From Phoronis australis (taxonomy: Eukaryota > Animalia > Phoronida): 64,000 nt of DNA. This document shows, piece after piece, positions 1-11,698 of the stretch (positions are counted from its first letter, which is position 1; the number at the start of each line of letters is the position of its first letter). The DNA lies in the NCBI GenBank assembly GCA_002633005.1, contig NMRA01000039.1, positions 117,225-181,224 of the forward strand. The letters are read 5' to 3'. A program made the position numbers and the translations under genes. The notes below the pieces were generated by a model that saw only the letters and a program-made list of their open reading frames with translations, was not told the origin of the DNA and did not search any database.

Positions 1-465
1 AGTGTCTATTTTGTGAGTAGTGACCACCACTTGGTAGAGTTGGTTGTGGCTCACATACTTCATTTCTCGTGCAAGTTGGTCGAGTTCATACGGCCTGAAA
101 CCCGACGAAAGTTCGCTAAATGGGAAATCGAATTCATTGTCCGATTCTTCAAGTACTTGAGTATAAGTGCCCGTATCCACTCTCATCTGTCTGGATAATA
201 ATTGTCCAATTCTCGCCTAATATTGTCATTGTCTTCTGACCTGCAGTGTTCCGACATTGCAAATGATTGTCAAGCGACCAACTGTCTTCCACCCATTGCA
301 TCATTTGGCGGGAAACTTAGAAATAAGTAATTTTTCTTCAAAATTAAAAAAGTTGCCACTATTTGGCATAAAAAGTGCCTATTTAGCAAGATTTTATGGT
401 ATACGATTCATATTAGCTAACTGAAACCTGAAAAAGTAAGAAAATGCATGGTGGGAACTCTTTAA
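1..465 (-). mobile_element. Possible terminus of a Kolobok-like element running off the left edge
   Basis: Ends ...GCATGGTGGGAACTCT|TTAA at about 461-465 (AG terminus plus TTAA on the minus strand). A minus-strand open frame MRVDTGTYTQVLEESDNEFDFPFSELSSGFRPYEL... loosely resembles the acidic Y-x-F-E N-terminus of KolX. The other end is not in the window. Confidence 0.3.
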
Positions 466-985
466 ACCTGGGTTTCGCAGACAAAGAATCATATTTTTCT
501 CTGGCAACAGGAGGAATTGTTTTGCCCTCAAAAGGCTCTCCGTGATCTATTTTGGATATCTGCCTTCATCACAGTTTCAAGATTTATGGGTCATGCACGA
601 ATTGTGTGTAGCAATGTTTCACAGGTATTTAGAAGTTTTTCTGTTTTCGAAAAATCAAATCATGACTGAGAAAACCTTCAAATAACACTTTTATAGCCAG
701 AATTTTTTCGGGGTGAATGCAAAACAATGCGACTATTCACATTAGTCACCACACGTGAAATGTTTTAAATAGAATTTGTGGAAATGAAGAGACGTAAGTG
801 CAAGTGACCAGCAGTCCATGCCAACAGAATGTTCTAGAAGCCCGTGCTTTCGTGGCACTGATTTCGTCCAGCTTGACAGACTTGGTTCTGCATGTTTTTT
901 ATTTAAAATAATAAACAATATGGGATAAGGAACTGCCGATTTAATTCAAAGTCAACAATTTTGCTAGTATTACATTAATACTTAC

Positions 986-2130
986 CTTTGTTCATGGCCT
1001 GCAAAATCACCTGGTCAATTGTCAGTCCGTGGCAACCGATCAGTGTCAGCTGAAAAAACGAATATCATGCACACAGTTACAGTGTTTCAAGTGTATATGT
1101 ACAACCGTTCGAATCTCGGTTTAAGTTTACAACAGTACCCAACAGACTAAAATGAAAATTATGTCCCAAACTTTAACAAACTGTTCATAGTAGATTGTCA
1201 CAAAAGGTAACAGAATCCTCTCTCGAAACTGGCAGATTTACTATATGTCTTAAGGAGTCACAGGCACAATTTTCGAAGGAAAACTGTCTGCAAAAATCCG
1301 AAAACTCACATTTTGACGCCCAAACTCTGAATCCATTTATGGTCAAGCCCATGGGAAAGATTTGATGTGAGCGATACTAAGTAGTCTAGCATTACAGAAT
1401 TTTTCCTAGCTTGTCAAAATATAGAGTTTCTATTAATAGTTTTACCGAGCAAGGTTGTCAATAATCTGTGGGGTTAGGGTGGCTTTTTACGAACAGGTAT
1501 GAAAAGATTTGAGGACATTTGTATTCTGGAGTTTTTCAAAGTGCTAAGAAATGTGGGTCCGGTCAAAACAATAGATATAGAGTGTTGGAAGAATCTTGGT
1601 TTTTAACAGCAAATCTCAGTAAAGGTGTACTGAAATTAAATGAAATTCTAGTTTTTTGACACGAGGATTGTTATCCAAAAACGTTGTTAGAAAACGCCTC
1701 ACTTGTCTGATACGGCTATCCAAAATTTATACTATGTGATTTTAATAAAACAATGCAGTACTAAAAATACTCTAAATGACAGTTCATCAAATGTTATTGA
1801 GATGTTTTGAGATTTCATCTCGATTATGAAATAAGAATTGGCCATCTGAAGTAGCTCGGTGTTTTGTATGAACCTTTAGCGACATGTATGTTTTGTTAGA
1901 CGTTCAGTTGTGTAGAATTGTCCGCAGTCTTTTTTTCTTGAGCCTTCCTTTACAAAATATTTACTTCACTTGGGGATTTAAATTACAGAACTGTTTTTTT
2001 GTTTCTTAACTTAAAACTACATTTTGTTTTGCTAAAAGCTACATGTATTAGATCTACAATGTATAAACCAACTCACCTCAATTAGTATTGCAGAGATGCA
2101 CGAAATTGTCCAAAGAACTGCAAAAGCCAT
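986..2130 (-). CDS. 5' part of a spliced gene for a secreted protein (possibly an astacin-type proenzyme); continues off the left edge
   Basis: Exon 2130-2077 runs ATG GCT...GAG|gtgagt and exon 1049-986 runs ttttttcag|CTG...AAA G|gtaagt. The phases join to give MAFAVLWTISCISAILIELTLIGCHG-LTIDQVILQAMNK, a signal peptide plus mature N-terminus. The family assignment is only a resemblance. Confidence 0.7.
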
Positions 2131-2845
2131 TTTCCCAAAACAAGTTTTCTCCCACTTGTGCAGTTGGTTGATTTTCGAATAGGCTTTATAGCTTTTCACC
2201 CCCAATGTAGGCGTGTCGTTTATTCATGTCATTCAAAAAATAATGCCAGGCATTAGCGAAACGGAGGAGCAATACGTTATGTGCATGTAATTGTTGCTTT
2301 TTTGTGGTAGGCACAAACGATAAGTCGAAGTGAGAATGCATTTACATGTATAAACCTGCCTGACATCCGGTAAAGCAACAAACCAAATGAAGGCGCGCTG
2401 AGGAACGATACTTCGTGGAAAGCAACTAAAAAGGTGACGACAACGTCATAGGCAACCACAGCAAGTATAACAACGGTAATGTCTATAAGCGTGTTTAGAG
2501 AACACTTGAATTTTTCTAATAATCTCCCCTGATCGGATCAGCAACAATCCATCTTTTGCTTTAACGACAAATTCCGCAAAATGCGTCAGTTTTAAGTCGC
2601 ACTAATAGGTACGGTCGTCATCGGGAACATCTGGCTCTGCAGTGTATTAATCAAAACAACACAGCTGTCCACAGACACTGGTTTTGCACCAGATAAATCT
2701 TTGAGGAGCAAAACCTCTTTTGGTCTTGTCACTTCCAAAGACGAAATGACAGACAGGCATGGCAGAATTATGAGCCATTTTGTGCATGCGTGAACCCACC
2801 CCAAAAACGGGGAATGGAATTTTTTAGAATGTGGACTTTTTACTA

Positions 2846-4122
2846 AGACTCACGGGGTACGTTCAGACCTATGAATTGTGCGTTCGCCAAACTGTGCCTT
2901 TTTCGTAGACCATTGTCTTGCTTTCTACTTCGCATTTTTGTATCTCTGAGGAGGACCCTTCGCCACATAGGAGTCTCGTTCGAGTCCCCCCCCCCGAGAC
3001 GGGTGCGGGAATTTTGCCAAGGGCGTTATACATGTACATGTATGATGGCAATCGCACCACAGGAGCAGGAACATACAAGGAACGAACTCGACAACAGATA
3101 TCAGTACAAAGTCGAAGCGTGGTTAGGCTTTTTCATGACGCGCCAAACGAAAGGAATGTAAGCCACAGCATCCTTCTCAGCGACATTCTACCCAACAATA
3201 GTGGTAAATTTCGGATGTAAGGGTATACATATATGAGAACCAAAAACATGGACCGAATTTGGCTTCGTGTCATCATTTCATTAAGATGACTACTGGGATT
3301 CAACTGAAACTTTCAGTTACTATATAAATATGACAATGTCAATACGGCTTGGAAATTTGTTGCGAACATCTTAGTCTGGTCGCCACGCCATCTGTTGGCC
3401 CCAGATGCTGTTCTTTATGCATTGCTTTCTAAGGCTCGTTTCTTTAAGGTTGATCAAAAATTGCAAACTATACCATCGTTTTCNAGACTCACGGGGTACG
3501 TTCAGACCTATGAATTGTGCGTTCGCCAAACTGTGCCTTTTTCGTAGACCATTGTCTTGCTTTCTACTTCGCATTTTTGTATCTCTGAGGAGGACCCTTC
3601 GCCACATAGGAGTCTCGTTCGAGTCCCCCCCCCCGAGACGGGTGCGGGAATTTTGCCAAGGGCGTTATACATGTACATGTATGATGGCAATCGCACCACA
3701 GGAGCAGGAACATACAAGGAACGAACTCGACAACAGATATCAGTACAAAGTCGAAGCGTGGTTAGGCTTTTTCATGACGCGCCAAACGAAAGGAATGTAA
3801 GCCACAGCATCCTTCTCAGCGACATTCTAACCAACAATAGTGGTAAATTTCGGATGTAAGGGTATACATATATGAGAACCAAAAACATGGACCGAATTTG
3901 GCTTCGGGTCATCATTTCATTAAGATGACTACTGGGATTCAACTGAAACTTTTAGTTACTATATAAATATGACAATGTCAATACGGCTTGGAAATTTGTT
4001 GTGAACATCTTAGTCTGGTCGCCACGCCATCTGTTGGCCCCAGATGCTGTTCTTTATGCATTGCTTTCTAAGGCTCGTTTCTTTAAGGTTGATCAAAAAT
4101 TGCAAACTGTACCATCGTTTTC
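2846..4122. repeat. 639-bp tandem duplication joined by a single n (probable assembly artefact)
   Basis: 2846-3483 is repeated at 3485-4122 with about 5 substitutions; the n at 3484 sits exactly at the junction. Confidence 0.9.
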
Positions 4123-5340
4123 TTTTGGTTCGAGCTTTATTGAATGACTTTCTGCAGTTTCCACTTCATTTATTTTCGAGTTCTCAATATTGATACTGGT
4201 GTACAAATGAACAATTCTTCATTAATGTAGCAATGAATCCCTATTGAGTGGTAAAAATGCACAGAAATATGAATGATATTTGTAAAAATATTTCTGATTT
4301 TTGACAAACTTCAAATCTTAGGATTCTTAACCATCAACTAGACAGCGATGATGGAATAAGTAATTCTATCTAGGACAATATTTCGCTGATGCAGTGGTTT
4401 GATCAGATAGAAAACTATAATGCGATTGAGATGTTTATTGTAAGTTAAAGTACATGTTATATCGAACCACCAACCGGAGCGCCGCCATAGGGCTAGGCGT
4501 GAAATAACAGCCGAAGGTTACATGTCTACATAGGTTTATGCGAAAAATCGTGTTACTGGGCGTGTAGAAGGCTTCAAAGCAATGGCACTCTGTCTCAAAA
4601 CTCAAATATGACTATTGTACGGCTGTAACCATTAGTGAATGTAACTTTCTTGAGCGGACTGAGGCGGTCAGACAGTTGGAATTTCTTGCTTTTCTTTTGA
4701 ATTTTCAGTCGCATCATATTGAAGTTGATCATCTGCCGTCACCGAAAACACCCGTTTGCCTTAGTATATATTCATGTACTTACATATATACATACATGCA
4801 TACATGTACATGTATACATACATACATACACATACATATACTTCGTTGAAAACACGACTGAATTTTTGTTTGACACCTTGATACAGAGTCGCTCGTAGTG
4901 TCGAAACAATCTCCTTTTTTCAGGTGGGCAAATACATGTATGTAGCAAAACACCTAGACATAAAAAAACAAATTAAATCGTTAACTACATTTTGAGACCA
5001 ACCGAATTCGTTCATTTTTGCAATATTCTTCAGAGTGTCATAAACAAGTCTACAAAGTATCTCAGAAAACTATAGAAGATTATGAAAATAAAGTGAAATT
5101 TAATACAGCGCGGTGAAAAATGTAGTACCACTGTGACTTTCGTCGTGTTCATGCTGTGCTGGCATCTACCAGTCAAAAAAGTGCCTGTCTGGGTCTCAGC
5201 TCTACTGTTCTTTATTGTCCAATCTGTATCGAGCTGTCAAACAAAAAGTTTATTCGCGTTTTCAACGAAGTTTTTGTTAACGAAGAGCTACAACGGATTT
5301 ATACGAAAATATATATACATATATACATACATAAGCGAAC

Positions 5341-5347
5341 TCACTCA

Positions 5348-5401
<54 letters not shown>

Positions 5402-5412
5402 AACACACACAC
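5341..5412. repeat. (CA)n microsatellite
   Basis: Direct reading. Confidence 0.95.
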
Positions 5413-5415
5413 GTA

Positions 5416-6820
5416 TCAGGTGTCCAAAAAGTGAGCCACAGTTTCAGCAATAGACCAACCGAATTCGTTTATTTTTACGATAATCTTCAGGGTGTCATAA
5501 ACAAGTTTACAAAGTATCTCAGAAAAATATATAAGATTATGGAAGTATTGTGAAATTCCAAACAGCGCAATCAAAAATGCAATATCACTGTGACTTTCAT
5601 CGTGTTCATGCTGTGCTAGCATCTTTCAGTCAAAGTGCCTGCTTGGTTCTAAAGACTACTGTTTTTATTGTCCAGTCTTTTTGCATATCAGTTCTGTCCA
5701 ATATTTGGATTTCTAAGGATGCCTTTGAGTGACAGGGGTGAATTTACAATTGAAACCTCTTTCAAGGAGAAAGGCTTGGAGCGAAAGAAGAATTGTAAGG
5801 GAGTTTCCAAGAAAATTATGGAGTCGTGCGACTTATTGATAAAATATGCGCGTAAAAGTGGCAGTGAGAGACCCAAGACTGCATTTTCGAGAGAAAAATG
5901 AGGATTTTGTTGAGGACCTGATTCTATTTCAGGAGGACAACCCGCAAGACAAGTCGCAAGAAATTTGCAAGTGAACAAGTCTTCTGTGAAAAGAACAATG
6001 AAGATAAACCCTTCAAAAGAATGTAGGTATCACGGAGAAACTAAAATGATAGAAGAAAAAGAAAAAAGCTGATGATAGTACTTGTGTGACAGCTATCCAA
6101 CCACTGATGTAAAAAGACCATATTTATGGAAAACAAAAAGAGAAATTCAGCCTTCTCGATTCTATCGTGACACTTTTAGATTTTCCAAAAACTAATTGTT
6201 TCCGCTGGAGTATTTTGGGAAGGATAAAATATTCATTGTATTGATACTGAAAGAGTCAATGTTGGCAGTTAACGCTACATGCAGTTACTGCATGAAAATC
6301 TTCTCCCGGATTGCAGGCGACTTCATCATGGAAACAGTTACCAAGCTCATCTGGAGGAATTCACCATAATTCATCAAAAAGGATGAGTGGCGTCCGCTCA
6401 GTCCTGACTCCAATCCAAATGACTATACCACATGGGAAACTTTCAAGGAGAACGTTCACCGGGGAATCAGAAGCAAACTGAGTTAAAAAGTAGGATAATT
6501 ATGTCATGGGAGGAAATCTCGTTACGAGAAATACATTTCTGGTTGGAAGAAACGGTAATCCGTTTAGTCTTGGAGGAAGATGGAGGCCACATTGAGCATA
6601 CATGTAGACCGAAATACGCGTGCTTTTCTTTGATGTTTTATTTTTTGACAAGATGCATTTAATTTGACAGTAGTCGCACAATTAGACAAAAATCGTTGAT
6701 ATTCTGTAAGTTTGTTATTGATAATCTAAGGTTCGTCTGTAAATTTTTTTTTAAAAATCTGTTTATCTGTTGCTGAGAAATTACTCGTCAAATAGTGGCT
6801 TACTATTTTGCGACACCTGA
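5416..6820 (+). mobile_element. Decayed Tc1/mariner-superfamily DNA transposon (maT/DD37D-like), transposase pseudogene
   Basis: TA|TCAGGTGTCCAAAAAGTGAGCCAC at 5414 and the inverted GTGGCTTACTATTTTGCGACACCTGA|TA at 6822. Frameshifted remnants include LLHENLLPDCRRL, FIKKDEWRPLSPDSNPNDY (W-P-x-SPDLNPxD motif) and the C-terminal EEDGGHIEH. A related 5' fragment lies at about 4995-5240. Confidence 0.85.
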
Positions 6821-8515
6821 TATATTTGTGGATCTTTACAGACAGAATTTCTCAAGAGGCACATGCATATACCATGAGCAATAAGTACGTGAACTAAGAC
6901 AAAACTAGTTTGTAACGAGATAAAATAAAAGATATGCCTAAGTACGAATTACTGGGCTATGAGGCAAACGAAACTGTGTTACACTGATAGTACTTGGAGC
7001 AAAAGCTTACATAGCTACACAAAAATTTGTATTTTATACATGTTTCAATAACAAGTAAGCTGTTCTTTGAAAATTCTAGAAGCTTTAATAATAAAAACTG
7101 AAACTTCTGACATTAATTCCCAAGATACTGGGTTTCATGTTAACTTGTCGTTATATAAATAATATCCATATTTTGTAATGCTTAGGTATTTCATTAAGTT
7201 TTACAACATTTTATGGTACCTTAGTACCCACGACAACTGGTTTTGAAATTGCGCTCTGTTATATGCTACCGTGAATTTGTGTTTATAAGTCATTGTTCTT
7301 ACTTCATGTGTAATTCACGATAGCGCTTATAATTTTACGTTTATTTACCTGGATGACAGAAGACTAGTCGAAGTACAGCAACTGTTTAAATATGAAATGT
7401 TTTTTGTACGGTGTTTTATTTTATATATACTCATGCGTTTGTATTTGTGCTGTCACACACACTCTACCATACACTATTTCAACTGCGACTCGAAGAAAGA
7501 CAGTTATGTTGACGCAATGATTATAGATAAGAGATTAGAAACTCCGACATTTTCTTGCGAAATATTCTAGAGGAGGCGCCACCCTCTAAACATAGCAAGC
7601 TCAGCTTTCGGTTGGTGTATTGTGACAAGAATTTCTTCCACCTACTTCACTGTCTAGTGTATAGAAAAAATAGAACTTTCAGCACTGAAACGTTGTTCAA
7701 GGTCTTTTAACAGTAGAGTCCAGAACTTTGAGCGGCACCGGCGTGCATTCCAGTTTACAGTGAAACGTCAAGTAAACTACTGTTGAAGTGCTAGGTTGGT
7801 TTTTGAGTAGGCCTGGTGGTTATTTCTGGTGTATTAATATGTGCTTTATTTAAGAAATAAACGTTTTAAGAGGGTTCAATTTACTTGAATACAGATGTGA
7901 GTTGGGCAAATTCGCTGATCCAAATCCCGACGAAATAACCATGATTAGCAGACGACGTACTTGCGGGGAAGTAATGCGTGCCATATCTACAAGGTGTTGC
8001 TAGTAAATAATGACGTCACGGCTTATGCGTACACTGTAAGATCACAGTATTCGTCCATAGTAAATATACGGAGTTGGAGGTCCATTTACTAATTTCTATC
8101 GTTGAACAAACTATCTAAGGTCAAGAACAGCTTACTTTCCAAAGAAACACACACGCGCGCGCGCAAACACGCACATATACATATACATAAACATATTTGG
8201 CTGTACTTCGGGAGCAAGTTTTGCGATATGCAAAATTGGTTAAATATGCGATACTTTTCGTTATAAACAGTCGTTATTCTGTTCCATTCGCATCATCGGA
8301 ACAAAGTTCTGCACTGAACATAACATTGGTGAAGCAACTAAGCAAGAGGCATGATTAAAAGGTACACGATATTTCGAAACATTCTTGTTTCATTCTCAAG
8401 TAGAAATAAAAAGACTCAGTAATGCCACCACAGTACATAAGCTGGACACATACGCAGTGGGGCACGGCGGGTGTGAACTGCAGAGAGTGACAAATGGAGA
8501 GGGGTAACAGGAAAG

Positions 8516-9300
8516 TTACCAAAACAAGTGTAACTTGCGGCACGAACCTCTTTGCTGCTTATTCAAAACAAGCTTCTCAAATGCAATCAAATGGGACTCT
8601 AATACTTTCAATGGCAGCAAATCATGCTCTACGTACGGAATTGACGTGTTTTCCGCAATTTCCTGACGGGTGATTTTACGTTCGTGACATTGCAGAAAAT
8701 GTTCTTGGATGTCGCCATTTTGAAGATCCATAGATAACCAACGAGAAAGGCTGCAAACCGTTTCAACAATGTAGCATTGCTTAACATTTGAAAGAAAACA
8801 TTTGTTCATAGGGCATACAAACTCATAAACAACACTACAGTGTGCAACGGGGTGGACGTTCGCTTTAGAAATGTTATTTTCAAGACCAAGTTAGAGGATT
8901 TCCTATTCCGATGATAAATAATAACATCGAGGTGATCATCGGGCTAACAAACTTTAATATTCCCCTTGATTATTTTTTAATGGCGTGTTCGTCCTGGAAG
9001 TAATTATTGGACATAAGATTTTTGTAAAATACATTCTGATCACACCGGTCCGACGTGCAGGGACTTAACGATTAATTTTGGACATCAATCGATTAATATG
9101 GAGGTCTGCAAAACAATTGGTGTACCCATTATCCACCAGGGTTTGTCTTATGCGATCTAGCTCTTGATTGAACGACACCGAATACTCCCTCTTTAGGAAG
9201 TTGACCACAACGGCTACCTTATACCGTTCAGGGCATTCGATTTTAGAGCGAACACAGAAACCTTCATTTCTTTCCCGTGTGAAACCTTGTTCCAAGGATA
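8516..9300 (-). mobile_element. Penelope-like retroelement remnant (post-RT linker plus GIY-YIG endonuclease)
   Basis: ECPERYKVAVVVNFLKREY...FNQELDRIRQTLVDNGY (PLE helical linker), then VVYEFVCP...CYIVET...LSRWLSM...GDIQEHF...H...TRQEIAENT...LKVLESHLI...LNKQ, a degenerate GIY-YIG. Stops and frameshifts are present. Confidence 0.8.
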
Positions 9301-9350
9301 CGAAAGGAACGGAATAAAGACTGTTACTAACGCAGTGTCGTGTATTTAAT

Positions 9351-9352
<2 letters not shown>

Positions 9353-9391
<39 letters not shown>

Positions 9392-9425
9392 TGTACGCGC
9401 GTGTTTGTGTGTGTTTAAAGACATC

Positions 9426-9462
<37 letters not shown>
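9353..9462. repeat. Two (TA)n microsatellites
   Basis: Direct reading at 9353-9388 and 9429-9462. Confidence 0.9.
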
Positions 9463-9467
<5 letters not shown>

Positions 9468-9680
9468 TATTTGAGGAAACCAACATAAATATTGATCGAA
9501 GGAAGGAATAGTTGGAGCAAGCAATTTGGACCTCACGTTAAGTGTGGGGGACTCATCTCAGATTGTGCGAGTCTTACGAAGATGACATGCCAATGTAAGT
9601 AGTAAGGCCATCAGACTTCCAGCGCTCTATGTTGCTGCAGCAGTTGCTGCACAAGCAGCAATGCCAATGCAAAGCTGTAC

Positions 9681-9748
9681 TATGGACGGCGCAGCATTGA
9701 AAAAAGTGGAGGCTGTGCCCCCCAGCCCCCTATGGTGAGCCGCCCATG
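9681..9748. mobile_element. About 68-bp MITE (CATGGGCGGC...GCCGCCCATG family)
   Basis: Short terminal inverted repeats; related copies at 25141-25275 (tandem pair) and 25933-26000. Confidence 0.55.
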
Positions 9749-10786
9749 TGTAGGATTTATACCGAGATGTGTGTTACCTGAGGAAAACTAAAATGCGGTT
9801 AAGACAACACTTGCAATTGTAATGCAGCTGGGCCAGAGGAAGGTATACTTGTAAGTAATGAGACCGAGGTGTTGTCGTGATGTTTGAAATGTCAAATTGT
9901 GAAAGCCATAGATGTTGGCGGAGTTCCTGAAAAATACGTTCAAGATACTGAATAAGCGTCTCTACGTTGGAAGTGGGGAATTAGTAGGCGATTCGCCAAT
10001 TCGCTAAAAGGCATGAAAAGTAAGCTGAAACATAGCGGTGAACAGGAGGGCATTCATAAAGGATGCGCTGACCAAAAAGTTTTGTAGAATGTGGGGTTTG
10101 CGGGCGAGTGACTCTTTTTGGCCGCAAGTTGGAAACACCATTAAGCAATGTTTAATGACAAAGGTTTTTTCTTGCCGATGTTATTTCTGACGCTGATCAC
10201 ATCCCACACATCTCGGAGTTTACAATAGCTGATTTGTTAAATACATGCGTACTTGTCGGATTCTCGCTCACCGATTCGCTTTGTCTGAACTCGTTAAAAT
10301 GAACTAGAAACTTACTTGAAATGTCACTTTATGAATTCATCGAGCTAGCGTCTAAGAAAATATAAATACATGTTTGAGATATTTTGGGACATTCCTTACA
10401 TGATATGAGATAATTTAAGTCTAATAACCTAAAGGGTTTTATGTAACTATGTTTGATGTTGCGCTTCTCTCATACTGCTTAAGGGCTCTCTGTTTTTTTT
10501 TGAAACAAACGTGACTCGGCAATCAAGTTTCATAAGGTTATGTCGAAGCCATCAAAATGGAAAAATTTGGCCGATTTTGAAACATCATATCTCAGAAATG
10601 CTGACCAGATTGATTTAGAACTTTCTGTTTTATGCCATGTTCTTAAAAACCCTTTTGCTAATGGTTGTTGAAATGTTCCACTTCTGCATGGGGCTATCAA
10701 AAATGAACTTTCATGATTATCATAAAAACTCTTTAAATGTGCATAACACGAAAACGAAGTGATATTGTAGAAAGGCTGCAACGGCG

Positions 10787-11698
10787 TTTTGATATCGCTC
10801 ATCTGACATCTACATAAACATGTATACATGTATATAGTATAAATATTGAACGTGTTTGTTTTGATATCGTTCATTTGACATCTATATGTACATGTATATA
10901 GTATAGCTATTGACTGTGTTTGTTTTGATATCGCTCATCTGCCATCTACATGTACATGTACATAGTATAAATATTGAACGTGTTTGTTTTGATATCGTTG
11001 ATCGGACATCTATATGTACATGTCTATAGTATAGCTATTGACTGTGTCTGTTTTGATATCGCTCATCTGACATCTACATGTACATGTATATAGTATAAAT
11101 ATTGAACGTGTTTGTTTTGATATCGCTCATCTGACATCCACATGAACATGTACAGTGTATATAGTATAACTATTGAACATGTTTGTTTTGATATCGCTCA
11201 TCTTACATCTACATGTACATGTATATAGTATAAATATTGAACGTGTTTGTTTTGATATCGCTCATCTGACACCTACATGTTTATGTACATAGTATAAATA
11301 TTGAATGTTTGTTTTGATATTGCTCATCTGACATCTACATGTACATGTATGTAGTATAAATATTGAACGTGTTTGTTTTGATATCGCTCATCTTACATCT
11401 ACATGTACATGTATATAGTATAAATATTGAACGTGTTTGTTTTGATATCGCTCATCTGACACCTACATGTTTATGTACATAGTATAAATATTGAACATGT
11501 TTGTTTTGATATCGCTCATCTGACATCTACATGTACATGTATATAGCATAAATATTGAATGTGTTTGTTTTGATATCACTCATCTGACATCTACATGTAC
11601 ATGTGTATAGTATAGATACTGAACGTGTTTGTTTTGATATCGCTCATCTAACATCTACATGTACATGTATATAGTATAAACATTGAACGTGTTTGTTT
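10787..11698. repeat. 64-bp minisatellite, about 14 copies
   Basis: Unit GTTTGTTTTGATATCGCTCATCTGACATCTACATGTACATGTATATAGTATAAATATTGAACGT; period 64 (for example 11221 vs 11285); no unique spacers. Confidence 0.95.

Noticed and set aside
2846-4122. 639-bp tandem duplication with duplicated ORFs
   Set aside because: A single n sits exactly at the junction and the copies differ by about 5 SNPs, as expected for overlapping contig ends or two haplotypes; the ORFs have no recognisable domains.
10787-11698. Possible CRISPR array
   Set aside because: The units are contiguous with no unique spacers, there are no cas genes, and the context is eukaryotic.
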